Shown here: piece after piece, positions 15,262-25,110 of the stretch
Numbering within the stretch: position 1 is the first letter of the stretch
Layout of the letters: the number at the start of each line of letters is the position of its first letter
DNA from: Clostridia bacterium
Lineage (GTDB): Bacteria; Bacillota; Clostridia; Oscillospirales; CAG-272
DNA: 64,000 nt
Direction: 5' to 3'
Assembly (NCBI GenBank): GCA_017625935.1
Contig: JAGALA010000054.1
Span: 7,655 to 71,654, forward strand
Translations under genes and position numbers: made by a program
Notes under the pieces: generated by a model
What the model saw: only the letters and a program-made list of their open reading frames with translations
The model's database searches: none
What the model was told of the DNA's origin: nothing

Positions 15262-16298
15262 CCGAGGCGGAATTCAAAACCGAGCTTAAGAACCCAACAG
15301 GCGGATACCTTTTGTTCGGCGGCGAGGACTACTTAAAATACAATTATTCGCGTCAAATTGCAAAAAGAGTCCTTGACGGCACCTTTGATGAATTTAACCA
15401 TATTATTTTGTACGGCGAGGAGTTTACCCCCGCCGCCCTTTCGCAAGCAATTTATGCGCTTCCTATGATGGCGGAAAAAAAGCTCGTTGAGGTGCGCGCG
15501 CTTGATTTTAACTCGATGAAAAGGGACACGTTGCTCGCACTTTCTGACGTTTTGTCAACGCTTGGGGAAAATGAGCATACGGTTTTGCTTATTCGCGCGG
15601 ATAATGACCTTTTCAACGCGGGAAAGCTTCCTAAAAATCCAAGCGAGGCATACCGTGAGCTGACTAAATTTATAAAGCCCGTTATGCTTGAATTTCCAAC
15701 ATCTTCACGCCTGAAGGCATGGATTTTAAGGCACTTTAACGACAACGGAGTCGATTTTCCACAGGAGCTGACGGAAAAGCTTGTTGAAATTGCAGGCCAC
15801 GATATGTGGACGCTTTCAAACGAAATAGACAAGCTTTCAGCTTATATTAAGGAAAGCGGAAAAACGAAAATTGATGCAAGCGACATTGAAAACGTCGTTT
15901 GCAAAACCGTAGAATATGACGATTTTCAGCTCACAAATGCGCTGCTTGAAAAGAACAAAAAGCTCGTTTTTGAGACACTCCACCGCCAAAAATCGTCATT
16001 TGAGCCACCGAACTCAATGCTTTCCTCGGTGGTGCGTCTTTATTCCGAGCTCTCAATGGTTGAGCTTCTTTCCCGTCAAGGAAAAACGAAAATGCAAATT
16101 GCCGAAGCAAGCGGAATCCACGAATATAAGGTCGGTAAATATTTAAAATCTATCTACGGCGAAAATCCAAAAAAATTCAAGCGCGCGCTTGAGCTTTGTT
16201 GCGAGGCGGATGTAAAATCAAAATCACAGTATATAGGCACCTCATACGTTACGGTTGAGCGCCTTGTCAGCGCAATTTGCGCGCTGTTTTGCAGGTGA
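15258..16298 (+). CDS. holA: DNA polymerase III subunit delta
   Basis: N-terminal YLLFGGEDYLK, size 346 aa, C-terminal helical domain. Confidence 0.8.
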   Translation: MTEAEFKTELKNPTGGYLLFGGEDYLKYNYSRQIAKRVLDGTFDEFNHIILYGEEFTPAALSQAIYALPMMAEKKLVEVRALDFNSMKRDTLLALSDVLSTLGENEHTVLLIRADNDLFNAGKLPKNPSEAYRELTKFIKPVMLEFPTSSRLKAWILRHFNDNGVDFPQELTEKLVEIAGHDMWTLSNEIDKLSAYIKESGKTKIDASDIENVVCKTVEYDDFQLTNALLEKNKKLVFETLHRQKSSFEPPNSMLSSVVRLYSELSMVELLSRQGKTKMQIAEASGIHEYKVGKYLKSIYGENPKKFKRALELCCEADVKSKSQYIGTSYVTVERLVSAICALFCR

Positions 16299-16301
16299 GA
16301 T

Positions 16302-16877
16302 ATGAAGCCGAGAATTAAATATCCTATAATTGTTGAGGGTAAGTACGATAAAATCAAGCTCGATTCGATTTTCGAGGCAAACGTAATTACCACAGGCGGC
16401 TTTGCAATCTTCACGGGTGAAGAAAAAATTCATCTAATCAAAAGACTTGCCGAAAAATCGAAAATAATAATTTTGACCGACTCAGACGGCGCGGGGCACT
16501 TAATTCGCTCACACATAAAGTGCGCCGTTTCCCCCAATAAGATTATAAATCTTTACGTGCCCGAAATCTTCGGCAAGGAGAAAAGAAAGAGGGAATACTC
16601 AAAGGAGGGGAAGCTTGGCGTCGAGGGTATAGAAGCCAAGAAGCTGACAGAAATTCTATCTCCCTATTTCGACACCGCCGAGGAAAAGGTAGTCGGCGGC
16701 ATTACAAAGGCAGATTTACACGCGTGCGGTCTTAGCGGCAGAGAGGACAGCGCGCAAAAGCGAGAAAAATTTCTTTCGCGCCTTGAATTGCCAACGGGTA
16801 TGAGCCCGAATTCAATGCTTGCCACACTAAATATGCTATACACAAGGGAAGAGTTTTTCAAGCTAACGGAACAATAA
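16302..16877 (+). CDS. Toprim-domain protein (RNase M5-like / DUF4093)
   Basis: IIVEGKYDKIKL and IIILTDSDGAGHLIR Toprim acidic motifs. Confidence 0.7.
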   Translation: MKPRIKYPIIVEGKYDKIKLDSIFEANVITTGGFAIFTGEEKIHLIKRLAEKSKIIILTDSDGAGHLIRSHIKCAVSPNKIINLYVPEIFGKEKRKREYSKEGKLGVEGIEAKKLTEILSPYFDTAEEKVVGGITKADLHACGLSGREDSAQKREKFLSRLELPTGMSPNSMLATLNMLYTREEFFKLTEQ

Positions 16878-16878
16878 A

Positions 16879-19140
16879 ATGGAGCTATTCAGATACAGAC
16901 ACTTAGCGCTCGGCTGTGCGGGATATATTGTAGGACTTTACGTTTCATATTATTATTTAGGTACGTTTTCGCGCTTGATTTTCCTTGCCTTAGCGGTTTT
17001 GTGCTTAGGTGCGCTTGCCTTATTATATTTTACAACCAAAAAGAGGAGTATGCTTGATAAATTTATCAAGTATGCTCCCTTATGCTTTTTTATTGCTCTT
17101 TCAATGATTATTTCGCTGATTTCCTTTGGCAGAGGCGAAAATATTCTGAAATACACGGGGGAAGAGCGCCAAATAACCACCGAGGTATCGGAGGAAACGT
17201 GGGAAAATGAGCACGGTGGAATTTACGTAATTAAAATAAGTGAAATTGACGGCGAAAAGGTAAAATGCGAAGCGGTGCTGGAGTCATACGGCAGAGCCCT
17301 TGATAAAGGCAACAAAATCTCTCTTTACGGAGAAATACGCGAATTAAGTGATAATAAATATGGCTTTAGCGAAAAGAGCGCATATCTTGACGACGGCATT
17401 TTCATTTCTGTTTCCTGTGAGGAAATTACATTAATAGACGGAGAAATTAAGGAAACGAGCTTCTTTAAGCGTGCAAACAAATTTCTCGACTCGCGCTTTG
17501 AAAAGAACCTAAACAGCGACACGTATGCGATGTTTTCTGCGCTTTTGCTCGGAAATAAGAACAACCTTGACCCAAGCGTCAGACGTGATTTCGGCCGTCT
17601 TGGCATCAGTCACGTTTTGTCACTCAGCGGTATGCATATAACTCTGCTTACAACGCTCCTTTCCCTGTGTCTTTCTATTTTCAAAATGCCAAAGCCGATA
17701 AAGCTCGTTTTGCTTATTTTCTCAATTGCGTTTTTCGTCGCGCTCACGGGCTTTAACGATTCATCAATTCGCGCAGGTCTTATGATGTCGATATATTACG
17801 CGCTTCGCCTTCTTGGCAGAGGCACGGACTCGATAACCTCGCTCTTTTTGTCGGTCACGGTAATTCTGATATTTTTGCCGTATCACATTTTTTCCTTGCC
17901 GCTTATTTTGTCATTTTTAAGCATGCTGGGCTGCCTCATTTCATCAAAAATTATTAAATATGCAAAATTAAGAGAGAAAATCAAAAGCCGCATACTCCGC
18001 TACGTAATTTACACGTTTATAACGTCCTTCACCGTGCTTGGCTTTACCTCGGTTGTAATTCTTGTCTATTTTGGTGAAATTTCAATTTTCTCACCGATTT
18101 CAAATCTTGTTTTAGTGCCTGTGTTCACGGGATTTATCTACTACGCGCCGTTTTTGCTGCTTCTTTGCGGCATACCGTATATTTCCGTCCCATTTGTGTT
18201 TGTGGCAGAGAGTGCAACGGAAATTATTGAGAAAATCATCAGCGCAATCTCCCATATACGCGGAATTTCCTTGCCAACCTACGGCTTTTGGCAAACGGCG
18301 GGAGTCGTTGGAATTTTGGGCGTTTTTGTCATAGCTATGATGGTGCGCCGTAAGTATCTATTTAAGGTGCTTGCCACGCTTTCTGTCTTTGCCGTTTTCT
18401 TTATGATTGGCACAACCGCGAACATAGTAGAGAAGCAAACAAGCACGTACGTGAGTGCCTTTGACTGCAAAGACGGTGACTACTTAATGATAGAGGACGA
18501 GGGAAAACTGAGCATAATTGACACATCAAAAGTAAAATACGGCGACAAGGATTTTGCTTCATCCTTGGCGAGTGCGTTTTGCTATGCCGAGATAGAAAGC
18601 TACGTCCTGTGTAATTACTCAAAGGATGCACCCGAGTATATAAGCTCAGTTCTTTCTTGGAATATAGTCAGGGAGCTGTACCTGCCGAAGCCGATGGGTG
18701 ACGAGGAGTCAATTTATTTCACCGAAATTGCGGAAATCGCCCAAAATCAAGGGACACGTGTCGCGATTTTAGGGGAAAGCTTGACTCTTGGAGATAATAC
18801 ATTTGAGATAAACCGCGTAAAATTTGACCGTTCTGCTTACGATTCGGTGAGCATATCGGGCAAGATAAACGGAACAACGGTTGCGTATTTCGGTGCAAGC
18901 TCATACGAAGCATTCGATTACTTCACCGAAAAGCACGCACCGAATGCCGATATTATAATTTTCGGGGGAAGCGGCCCGAAATACAAGCTTGAATATTCAT
19001 ATTCGCTTGACAGCGTTGATTATGCAATTTATATGAGAGATAGCTATGACTATGCAAGCGAAAAGGTCAAAAACGCGACACAGGGCAAGGAATTTTTGCT
19101 TAAAAACGATTATGCAAGAATAAAAATCCAAGATGCTTGA
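16879..19140 (+). CDS. comEC: ComEC/Rec2-family DNA internalisation channel with degenerate C-terminal MBL domain
   Basis: Competence-domain signature DFGRLGISHVLSLSGMHITLL and many TM helices. The C-terminal 230 aa contains only one His and no HxHxDH motif. Confidence 0.85.
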   Translation: MELFRYRHLALGCAGYIVGLYVSYYYLGTFSRLIFLALAVLCLGALALLYFTTKKRSMLDKFIKYAPLCFFIALSMIISLISFGRGENILKYTGEERQITTEVSEETWENEHGGIYVIKISEIDGEKVKCEAVLESYGRALDKGNKISLYGEIRELSDNKYGFSEKSAYLDDGIFISVSCEEITLIDGEIKETSFFKRANKFLDSRFEKNLNSDTYAMFSALLLGNKNNLDPSVRRDFGRLGISHVLSLSGMHITLLTTLLSLCLSIFKMPKPIKLVLLIFSIAFFVALTGFNDSSIRAGLMMSIYYALRLLGRGTDSITSLFLSVTVILIFLPYHIFSLPLILSFLSMLGCLISSKIIKYAKLREKIKSRILRYVIYTFITSFTVLGFTSVVILVYFGEISIFSPISNLVLVPVFTGFIYYAPFLLLLCGIPYISVPFVFVAESATEIIEKIISAISHIRGISLPTYGFWQTAGVVGILGVFVIAMMVRRKYLFKVLATLSVFAVFFMIGTTANIVEKQTSTYVSAFDCKDGDYLMIEDEGKLSIIDTSKVKYGDKDFASSLASAFCYAEIESYVLCNYSKDAPEYISSVLSWNIVRELYLPKPMGDEESIYFTEIAEIAQNQGTRVAILGESLTLGDNTFEINRVKFDRSAYDSVSISGKINGTTVAYFGASSYEAFDYFTEKHAPNADIIIFGGSGPKYKLEYSYSLDSVDYAIYMRDSYDYASEKVKNATQGKEFLLKNDYARIKIQDA

Positions 19141-19197
19141 CTTTTTTGGAAAATAATTATAAAATATAAATAGAAAAAAGCCAAAAGGAGATTTATT

Positions 19198-20400
19198 ATG
19201 CAATCTTTACGCGAGCTTTATAAAATTGGCAGAGGTCCGTCAAGCTCACACACAATGGGTCCTGAAAGAGCAATATTAACGGTTAAGGAAAAATACCCAA
19301 GCGCGAGCCTTTTTAAGGTTGTGCTTTACGGCTCACTTGCTTTAACAGGCAAGGGGCACGGCACAGACAGAATAATTATGGAAACCTCGCAGCCCATAAA
19401 ATGCGAGATTACCTTTGACAAAAAAACGCCCTGTGACGTTCACCCGAACACAATGGAGATTTTTGTGTACGAGGGAGATACGCTTCTTGGCAAGGAAACT
19501 CTATATAGCGTTGGCGGCGGCACAATCCTTTTTGAAAACGAAAAGGAAGCGGCGAAAAGGGACGTATATCCGCACAATTCCTTTAAGGAAATTTGTGAGT
19601 ATTGCGCATCTAAAAATATTAGGATATGGCAGTACGTAAAGGAATTTGAGGGTGAGGAAATATTTTCTCATCTTGCATCTGTATGGGAGACGATGAAAAA
19701 CGCAATAAGAGAAGGACTCACCACCACGGGCGAATTGCCGGGCGGTCTTGGAACAAAGCGCCGCGCACAGCTCCTTTACAACCAAAGACATATTGACGAA
19801 AGTGCGCAAACAAGAGAAAACCGCCTCGTTTGCTCATACGCATTTGCAGTAAGTGAGCATAATGCGTCGGGCGGCACGATAGCTACAGCACCAACCTGTG
19901 GCTCCTGCGGCGTTGTTCCGTCTGTTTTGATGTATTATCAGGAAAAGAACTCGTTTGACGATGAAAAAATCATAAAAGCACTTGCAACGGGCGGAATTAT
20001 CGGAAATTTAATTAAGAAAAACGCTTCGATCAGCGGTGCGGAATGCGGCTGTCAAGCGGAGATAGGCTCTGCCTGTTCAATGGCGGCGGCAGCCCTTGGC
20101 GAGCTTTTTGAAATGGGTCTTTCGCAAATTGAATACGCCGCTGAGGTTGCAATGGAGCATCACCTCGGCCTTACCTGCGACCCGATAGGCGGTCTTGTGC
20201 AAATCCCCTGCATTGAAAGAAATGCGGTTGCCGCAATGCGCGCAATAAACGCTCTTTCCTTGGCAAACTTCTTAGCGGATTCAAGCAAAATCAGCTTCGA
20301 TATGGTGGTTAAGGTTATGTACGAAACGGGCAAAAATCTTTTAAGCGACTACCGCGAAACCGCATCGGGCGGACTTGCAAAGCATTACAAAAATCATTGA
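19198..20400 (+). CDS. sdaA: L-serine ammonia-lyase, Fe-S dependent, single-chain
   Basis: ELYKIGRGPSSSHTMGP N-terminus. Cys ligands in CGSCGV, CGCQAE and PCIERNA. Confidence 0.85.
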   Translation: MQSLRELYKIGRGPSSSHTMGPERAILTVKEKYPSASLFKVVLYGSLALTGKGHGTDRIIMETSQPIKCEITFDKKTPCDVHPNTMEIFVYEGDTLLGKETLYSVGGGTILFENEKEAAKRDVYPHNSFKEICEYCASKNIRIWQYVKEFEGEEIFSHLASVWETMKNAIREGLTTTGELPGGLGTKRRAQLLYNQRHIDESAQTRENRLVCSYAFAVSEHNASGGTIATAPTCGSCGVVPSVLMYYQEKNSFDDEKIIKALATGGIIGNLIKKNASISGAECGCQAEIGSACSMAAAALGELFEMGLSQIEYAAEVAMEHHLGLTCDPIGGLVQIPCIERNAVAAMRAINALSLANFLADSSKISFDMVVKVMYETGKNLLSDYRETASGGLAKHYKNH

Positions 20401-20444
20401 GGCTTGATGTCTGGAAATGATAACCAAAGATAGCATATCCCCTC

Positions 20445-20473
20445 TTGATTTTTTTATATTATTACGTTATAAT
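20445..20473 (+). promoter_or_regulatory. candidate sigmaA promoter, TTGATT-17-TATAAT (would give a 5' UTR of about 190 nt)
   Basis: -35 at 20445-20450 and -10 at 20468-20473. Confidence 0.4.
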
Positions 20474-20668
20474 ATTAGCGCAATATAAAATGCAATAAAA
20501 GGTTGCGCAAATGAAAAAAATTGCGATAATCTCTTGACAATATAGAGCGTCGTCTTGTTTTTTGCGTACAATTTTACAGTTAAATTTGCCATTTGATATA
20601 GCGGTTTTCCGTGTCCTCTTATTAAGTGGCTTTTTTAATACTAAAACAAAATTACGAAAGGAAAAATT

Positions 20669-22213
20669 ATGAAAAAGAAAATCTTTTTAGTGCTGGCACT
20701 TGTCGTAATGCTGGTATGCGTTTTTGCTATTTCAGTAAGTGCAAAAGAAGCATATTTAGAGCCAATTCCCGAAAATTTACTTTGGGAAAATGACACGGTA
20801 ACCCACTTTATAGTATTTGATGACGAAAAATACTATACCGGTAGCGGTTCCACGCTAAATCAACTCAATGTAGAGAAAATTGAAGAATCTCTCGCTTCTC
20901 TTGGCATATCCTCAGCAGATATCGGCAAAACTTATTTAACAAAATTTGTTTTCCCTGCATATCTTAACGGAACACTACTTACCTATATAGATGTAAACTC
21001 ATCTATAAAAACAAATAAATATTTTAAACATGTATGTGGCTATGTTTCGTTCCCCGGCACAATGACAAAAACCCACGATATGAATGACTGTGTCAATCAA
21101 TTAAGAGGAATTGACTTTGGCGAAAACAGTCAATTAACCGTTATTCCTTATTGCTTTGCAAACAAAGCAACCAAATTAAAAGAGGTTAAAAACTTCCCAA
21201 CTGCAAAGCTTGTAACAATTGAAGGCGATGCTTTTAACGGTGCAAAACAAGCATTTCGCGGTGAATTAGTCATAAACGCAAAAACAATAAAACAAAGCGC
21301 ATTTAACAACGCCACAACCTTTGTTACAAGTCTTATTTTTGGCGAAAACGTTGAAAGAATTGAAACTCAAGCGTTTAGTGTAAAATCAAGCGAAACAGGT
21401 TTAGGCAATCCCCATCTTGAATATATCGAGTTCAAAAGTGACGTTTCAAAAATTGCAACTACCTCTTACGGTCCATTCTATTTTGAGCTTGGCGGTAGCT
21501 CAAGAAGTGAATATACAAGTCTGAAATGCATTGTTCTTTCAAATGAGGAAAACAAGAATGCAATATCAAACGGAGCAACAATTTTTAATGACATTGCACC
21601 AAACTCATATATTAGATTTTTCCTTGATGAAACAAAGGAAATCATTCATTCCTCACACGAAATAGACTACGAAAATGCAACAATTTCCTATGAGAGCTTT
21701 CTTGAAAACGGCACTCTTACAAGCTATTGCACAAGATGTAATAAGGCGGAAACAGTAAGCACAGACCCACTCTTTGTAAACCTCGGCTTCTCGGCGGCTG
21801 AATACGCAGGCGGCGGAATGTCAATAGGCTTTAAGGTGGATAAGAAGGCTATTGAAAAATACGAAGAAATCACAGGCGAGACCGTTAACTACGGCGTATT
21901 CGCGGTTTTGGCAGAGAAGATAGGAGCAAACGATATATTTGATTCCGAGGGCAAAGCACTTGCAGGCGTTATTGCCGCAGACATCACGGATACAGATTTT
22001 GATATTTTCAACCTTAAAATAGTAGGCTTTACGGGCGATCAGGTTGACACTAAGCTTGCAATGGGTGCGTACGTTGGCACAACCAAGGACGGCACAACAG
22101 AATATGCATACTTGCAGGGCGGTACACCCGAAACGGGCGCAAAATATTTCTTTGCTTCATATAATGACGTAAAAGCAATAGTTGATAACAAAAATGGGGT
22201 GAGCGCACAATGA
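20669..22213 (+). CDS. secreted BspA-type LRR protein with C-terminal Cys-headed domain
   Basis: Signal peptide MKKKIFLVLALVVMLVCVFAISVSA and degenerate LRR units. The C-terminal CTRCNKAE..PLFVNLGFS...AIEKYEEITGETVNYGVF is paralogous to the 1715 and 6693 proteins. Confidence 0.8.
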   Translation: MKKKIFLVLALVVMLVCVFAISVSAKEAYLEPIPENLLWENDTVTHFIVFDDEKYYTGSGSTLNQLNVEKIEESLASLGISSADIGKTYLTKFVFPAYLNGTLLTYIDVNSSIKTNKYFKHVCGYVSFPGTMTKTHDMNDCVNQLRGIDFGENSQLTVIPYCFANKATKLKEVKNFPTAKLVTIEGDAFNGAKQAFRGELVINAKTIKQSAFNNATTFVTSLIFGENVERIETQAFSVKSSETGLGNPHLEYIEFKSDVSKIATTSYGPFYFELGGSSRSEYTSLKCIVLSNEENKNAISNGATIFNDIAPNSYIRFFLDETKEIIHSSHEIDYENATISYESFLENGTLTSYCTRCNKAETVSTDPLFVNLGFSAAEYAGGGMSIGFKVDKKAIEKYEEITGETVNYGVFAVLAEKIGANDIFDSEGKALAGVIAADITDTDFDIFNLKIVGFTGDQVDTKLAMGAYVGTTKDGTTEYAYLQGGTPETGAKYFFASYNDVKAIVDNKNGVSAQ

Positions 22214-22362
22214 AATACGTTTCTCCTATGTACGAAAAATTCTTGCTTGAAGCCTGCGACATTATAATGTCGGGAGAGAATTACACCATCGAGGAAACTA
22301 AGGACGAAAGCGGAAGCTCGGTCGGAAACGTAATAATGAGCGCGTTTGACTTATTCAAATAA
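22210..22362 (+). CDS. 50-aa acidic small protein (MKYVSPMYEKFLLEACDIIMSGENYTIEETKDESGSSVGNVIMSAFDLFK), paralogue of 9634-9786
   Basis: Not in the ORF track. Its ATG overlaps the upstream TGA (ATGA at 22210-22213). It is the same length as the first copy and shares its N- and C-terminal motifs. A terminator follows. Confidence 0.6.
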   Translation: MKYVSPMYEKFLLEACDIIMSGENYTIEETKDESGSSVGNVIMSAFDLFK

Positions 22363-22371
22363 AAAACAAAA

Positions 22372-22404
22372 AACAGAATTTCGTCGCCGAAATTCTGTTT
22401 TTTT
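22372..22404. terminator. bidirectional intrinsic terminator
   Basis: AACAGAATTTCG-TCGC-CGAAATTCTGTT followed by a T-run, with an A-run upstream. Confidence 0.8.
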
Positions 22405-22405
22405 G

Positions 22406-23248
22406 TTATTCTAATCCTCTCATCATATCAACAAGCTCGGGTATGCACTCCTCAAACTTCGTGCCGTATGAGTGATTTATTCTGTCGGGCAAGGTTTTTT
22501 CAATGCAAAGCACGGTGAAGTCAACCGCTATTTTAATTGCATTTTCGTAAGTGTAGCCCTTGGTGAGCGCTGCACACAAAACGCTTGAGAACGTGTCGCC
22601 CGTTCCGTGGAATGCGGCATCTATCGTTTCGCGGCAGTAATAGTATGTTTTTCCGCTCTCGCTATCGTAAAAATACGCACCCTGTGTCTCATTTCCAAAG
22701 TGAATGCCTGTTAAAATCACCTTTTTTGCACCGAGCGCACAAAGCCTTTTGCAAACGTCCTTTATGTATTCCTCGTCGTATTCCTCAGTGTATGGAATAT
22801 CGAGCAAAAACGATGCCTCTGTGATGTTTGGAACAATAATATCGGCAATTTGGCAAAGGCGCGCCATATGTGAGGGAAATTCCTTGTCAAAGCCTGCATA
22901 AAGCTTGCCCTTATCTGCCATAGCAGGGTCAACGAAAACTAAAGTGTTTTCCCCTCTGAACTTGGAGATGAAGTCAATAACGTAGTTTATTTGCTTCTCG
23001 TTTCCAAGATAGCCCGTGTAAATCGAGTCAAATTTTATATCGTATTCCTGCCAATGCTTTGCGATTTTCGGAATATCCTCGTTCAAATCCGTGAATGTGA
23101 AATTTTTGAAGCCCCCGGTGTGTGTTGACAAAATTGAGGTCGGGATAATAGCGCACTCAACGCCCATAGCGCTAACAAGCGGAAGCGCAACGGTTATCGA
23201 GCATTTTCCAAAGCAGGAAATGTCCTGCACGGTTACAATTCTTTTCAT
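22406..23248 (-). CDS. pdxK: pyridoxal/pyridoxamine kinase
   Basis: MKRIVTVQDISCFGKCSITVALPLVSAMG, with GTGDTF near the C-terminus. The ATG at 23248 is preceded by AGAGG; the 23290 start lacks an RBS. Confidence 0.8.
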   Translation of the reverse strand: MKRIVTVQDISCFGKCSITVALPLVSAMGVECAIIPTSILSTHTGGFKNFTFTDLNEDIPKIAKHWQEYDIKFDSIYTGYLGNEKQINYVIDFISKFRGENTLVFVDPAMADKGKLYAGFDKEFPSHMARLCQIADIIVPNITEASFLLDIPYTEEYDEEYIKDVCKRLCALGAKKVILTGIHFGNETQGAYFYDSESGKTYYYCRETIDAAFHGTGDTFSSVLCAALTKGYTYENAIKIAVDFTVLCIEKTLPDRINHSYGTKFEECIPELVDMMRGLE

Positions 23249-23359
23249 AATATACCTCTTTTGCTTGGAATAAAATATAGATATTTCCAATTATACTCCT
23301 TGGTTTTTTTCTTGTCAATATAAAATATGCTAATAATTCAAAAAAATTCGACGAAATTA

Positions 23360-23388
23360 TTGACAGTACAAATAATTATTGTTATAAT
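23360..23388 (+). promoter_or_regulatory. sigmaA promoter, TTGACA-17-TGtTATAAT
   Basis: Consensus -35 at 23360-23365 and -10 at 23383-23388. Confidence 0.7.
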
Positions 23389-23458
23389 AATTTATATTCA
23401 TTTACTTTACTTAACTAAAGTAAAATGAGTTAAAATTATATTAAGGCAGGTGCTTATT

Positions 23459-24349
23459 ATGAAAAAGACATTGTTTGAGGGCGTTGCGACAGCCCTTGTT
23501 ACACCTATGAATAGTGACGGCAGCGTTGACTACGCGGCTCTTGATAAATTAGTTGATTGGCAGATTAAAGAGGGAGTTAGTGCCCTTGTTGCCTGCGGCA
23601 CAACGGGTGAGGCATCAACACTTACCGACGAGGAGCATAGAGGCGTTATTGCAAGAGTGGTTGAAAAGGCGGACAAGCGTGTTCCCGTTATTGCGGGCAC
23701 AGGCTCAAATGACCTTGACTACGCGCTTTCCTTGACAAAATATGCTTGCGATGCAGGTGCGGACGCGGTGCTCACAGTTACACCGTACTACAATAAGGCG
23801 ACACAGGCGGGACTTATCAAGATGTATAACATCTTGGCTGACGCAAGCCGCGCTCCCGTGATTCTTTATAACGTTCCGTCACGTACAGGCGTTAACATCG
23901 AGCCTTCAACCTATAAGGCTTTAGCCGACCACGAAAACATTATCGCAATTAAGGAAGCAAACGGAAATATCAGCAAAATTGTTGAAACTATGTCATACGT
24001 CAACGGAAAGCTCGACCTATATAGCGGTAACGACGATCAAATTGTTCCGCTTATGTCACTTGGCGGCAAGGGCGTTATCTCCGTTGTTTCAAACATTTTG
24101 CCAAGAAAAACCTCCGAGCTTTGCGCTAAGTTCTTAAGCGGTGATATCAAGGGTGCGGCTGATATTCAGTACAATCTCCACGCGGTTATCGACAGCCTGT
24201 TCAGCGAGGTTAACCCGATTCCCGTAAAGGCGGCTATGGCAAAAATGGGCTTCGGCACAAACACACTCCGTCTGCCGCTTACACCAATGAGCGAGGCAAA
24301 ATATGAGGTTATGCTCAGCCTTATGAGAGAGCAGGGTCTTGACGTATGA
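23459..24349 (+). CDS. dapA: 4-hydroxy-tetrahydrodipicolinate synthase
   Basis: GVATALVTPM...VACGTTGE...YNVPSRTG... is classic DapA. Confidence 0.95.
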   Translation: MKKTLFEGVATALVTPMNSDGSVDYAALDKLVDWQIKEGVSALVACGTTGEASTLTDEEHRGVIARVVEKADKRVPVIAGTGSNDLDYALSLTKYACDAGADAVLTVTPYYNKATQAGLIKMYNILADASRAPVILYNVPSRTGVNIEPSTYKALADHENIIAIKEANGNISKIVETMSYVNGKLDLYSGNDDQIVPLMSLGGKGVISVVSNILPRKTSELCAKFLSGDIKGAADIQYNLHAVIDSLFSEVNPIPVKAAMAKMGFGTNTLRLPLTPMSEAKYEVMLSLMREQGLDV

Positions 24350-25089
24350 TTAAGGTTTTAGTTCACGGCTCGAACGGAAAAATGGGCGGTCACGTAATGG
24401 CGGAAATTGCAAAGAGCGATGACCTTGAGTTTTTCTGCGGCGTTGACCCAAAATCAACAGGAAATGAAAGCTATAAGTATTACGATAGCTTTGATAAGGT
24501 AGAGGGCAAAGCAGATGTAATTATCGACTTTTCCTTCCACACACTTGTAAAAAGCGTGCTTGACTACGCGGTAAAAAGCGAAACACCCGTGCTTATCGCA
24601 ACAACCGCGCTTGACGATGAGGACAAAAAGGCGGTTGCAAGAGCATCACAGAAAATTCCTGTGTTCCTCGCTGCCAATATGAGCGTTGGCGTTGCGCTCC
24701 TTGCTGATTTTGCAAAGCGCGCGGCAGCTATGTTCCCTGACGCCGATATTGAAATAGTAGAAGCACACCACAACCGTAAGGTTGACGCGCCAAGCGGCAC
24801 CGCGGTTATGCTTGCAAACTCTATAAAAGAGGTTCGCCCAAATGCTGAGTACGTTTACGGACGCGGCGGCGAGGCGAAAAGAAATAAAAACGAAATCGGT
24901 ATTCACGCTCTCCGTATGGCAAATATTGTCGGTGAGCACGAGGTTTATATCACAACGGAGTCCCAGCAGCTTGTGCTTCGCCACAACGCCTATGACCGTG
25001 CGCTCTTTGCGGACGGAGCAATTAAGGCGGCGCGCTTCTTAATAGAAAAGGAAGCAGGACTTTACACAATGCAGGATATGTTCAAGTAA
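24346..25089 (+). CDS. dapB: 4-hydroxy-tetrahydrodipicolinate reductase
   Basis: GSNGKMG N-terminus and EAHHNRKVDAPSGTA catalytic block. ATGA overlap with dapA. Confidence 0.95.
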   Translation: MIKVLVHGSNGKMGGHVMAEIAKSDDLEFFCGVDPKSTGNESYKYYDSFDKVEGKADVIIDFSFHTLVKSVLDYAVKSETPVLIATTALDDEDKKAVARASQKIPVFLAANMSVGVALLADFAKRAAAMFPDADIEIVEAHHNRKVDAPSGTAVMLANSIKEVRPNAEYVYGRGGEAKRNKNEIGIHALRMANIVGEHEVYITTESQQLVLRHNAYDRALFADGAIKAARFLIEKEAGLYTMQDMFK

Positions 25090-25110
25090 AATTTACGGAA
25101 GGAGAAGTAT

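Noticed and set aside
20511-20537. 8-codon uORF (MKKIAIIS) in the putative 5' UTR of the 20669 gene
   Set aside because: It has only a weak AAAGG upstream and no conservation evidence, so it could easily be chance. It also depends on an unverified upstream promoter.
20534-20572. TTGACA ... TACAAT pair upstream of the 20669 gene
   Set aside because: The spacer is 27 bp, which is incompatible with a sigmaA promoter.
23389-23458. Possible lysine riboswitch (L-box) ahead of dapA-dapB-lysA
   Set aside because: Only about 65 nt of AT-rich leader with one simple hairpin lies between the -10 and the ATG. That is far too short and lacks the conserved L-box helices.
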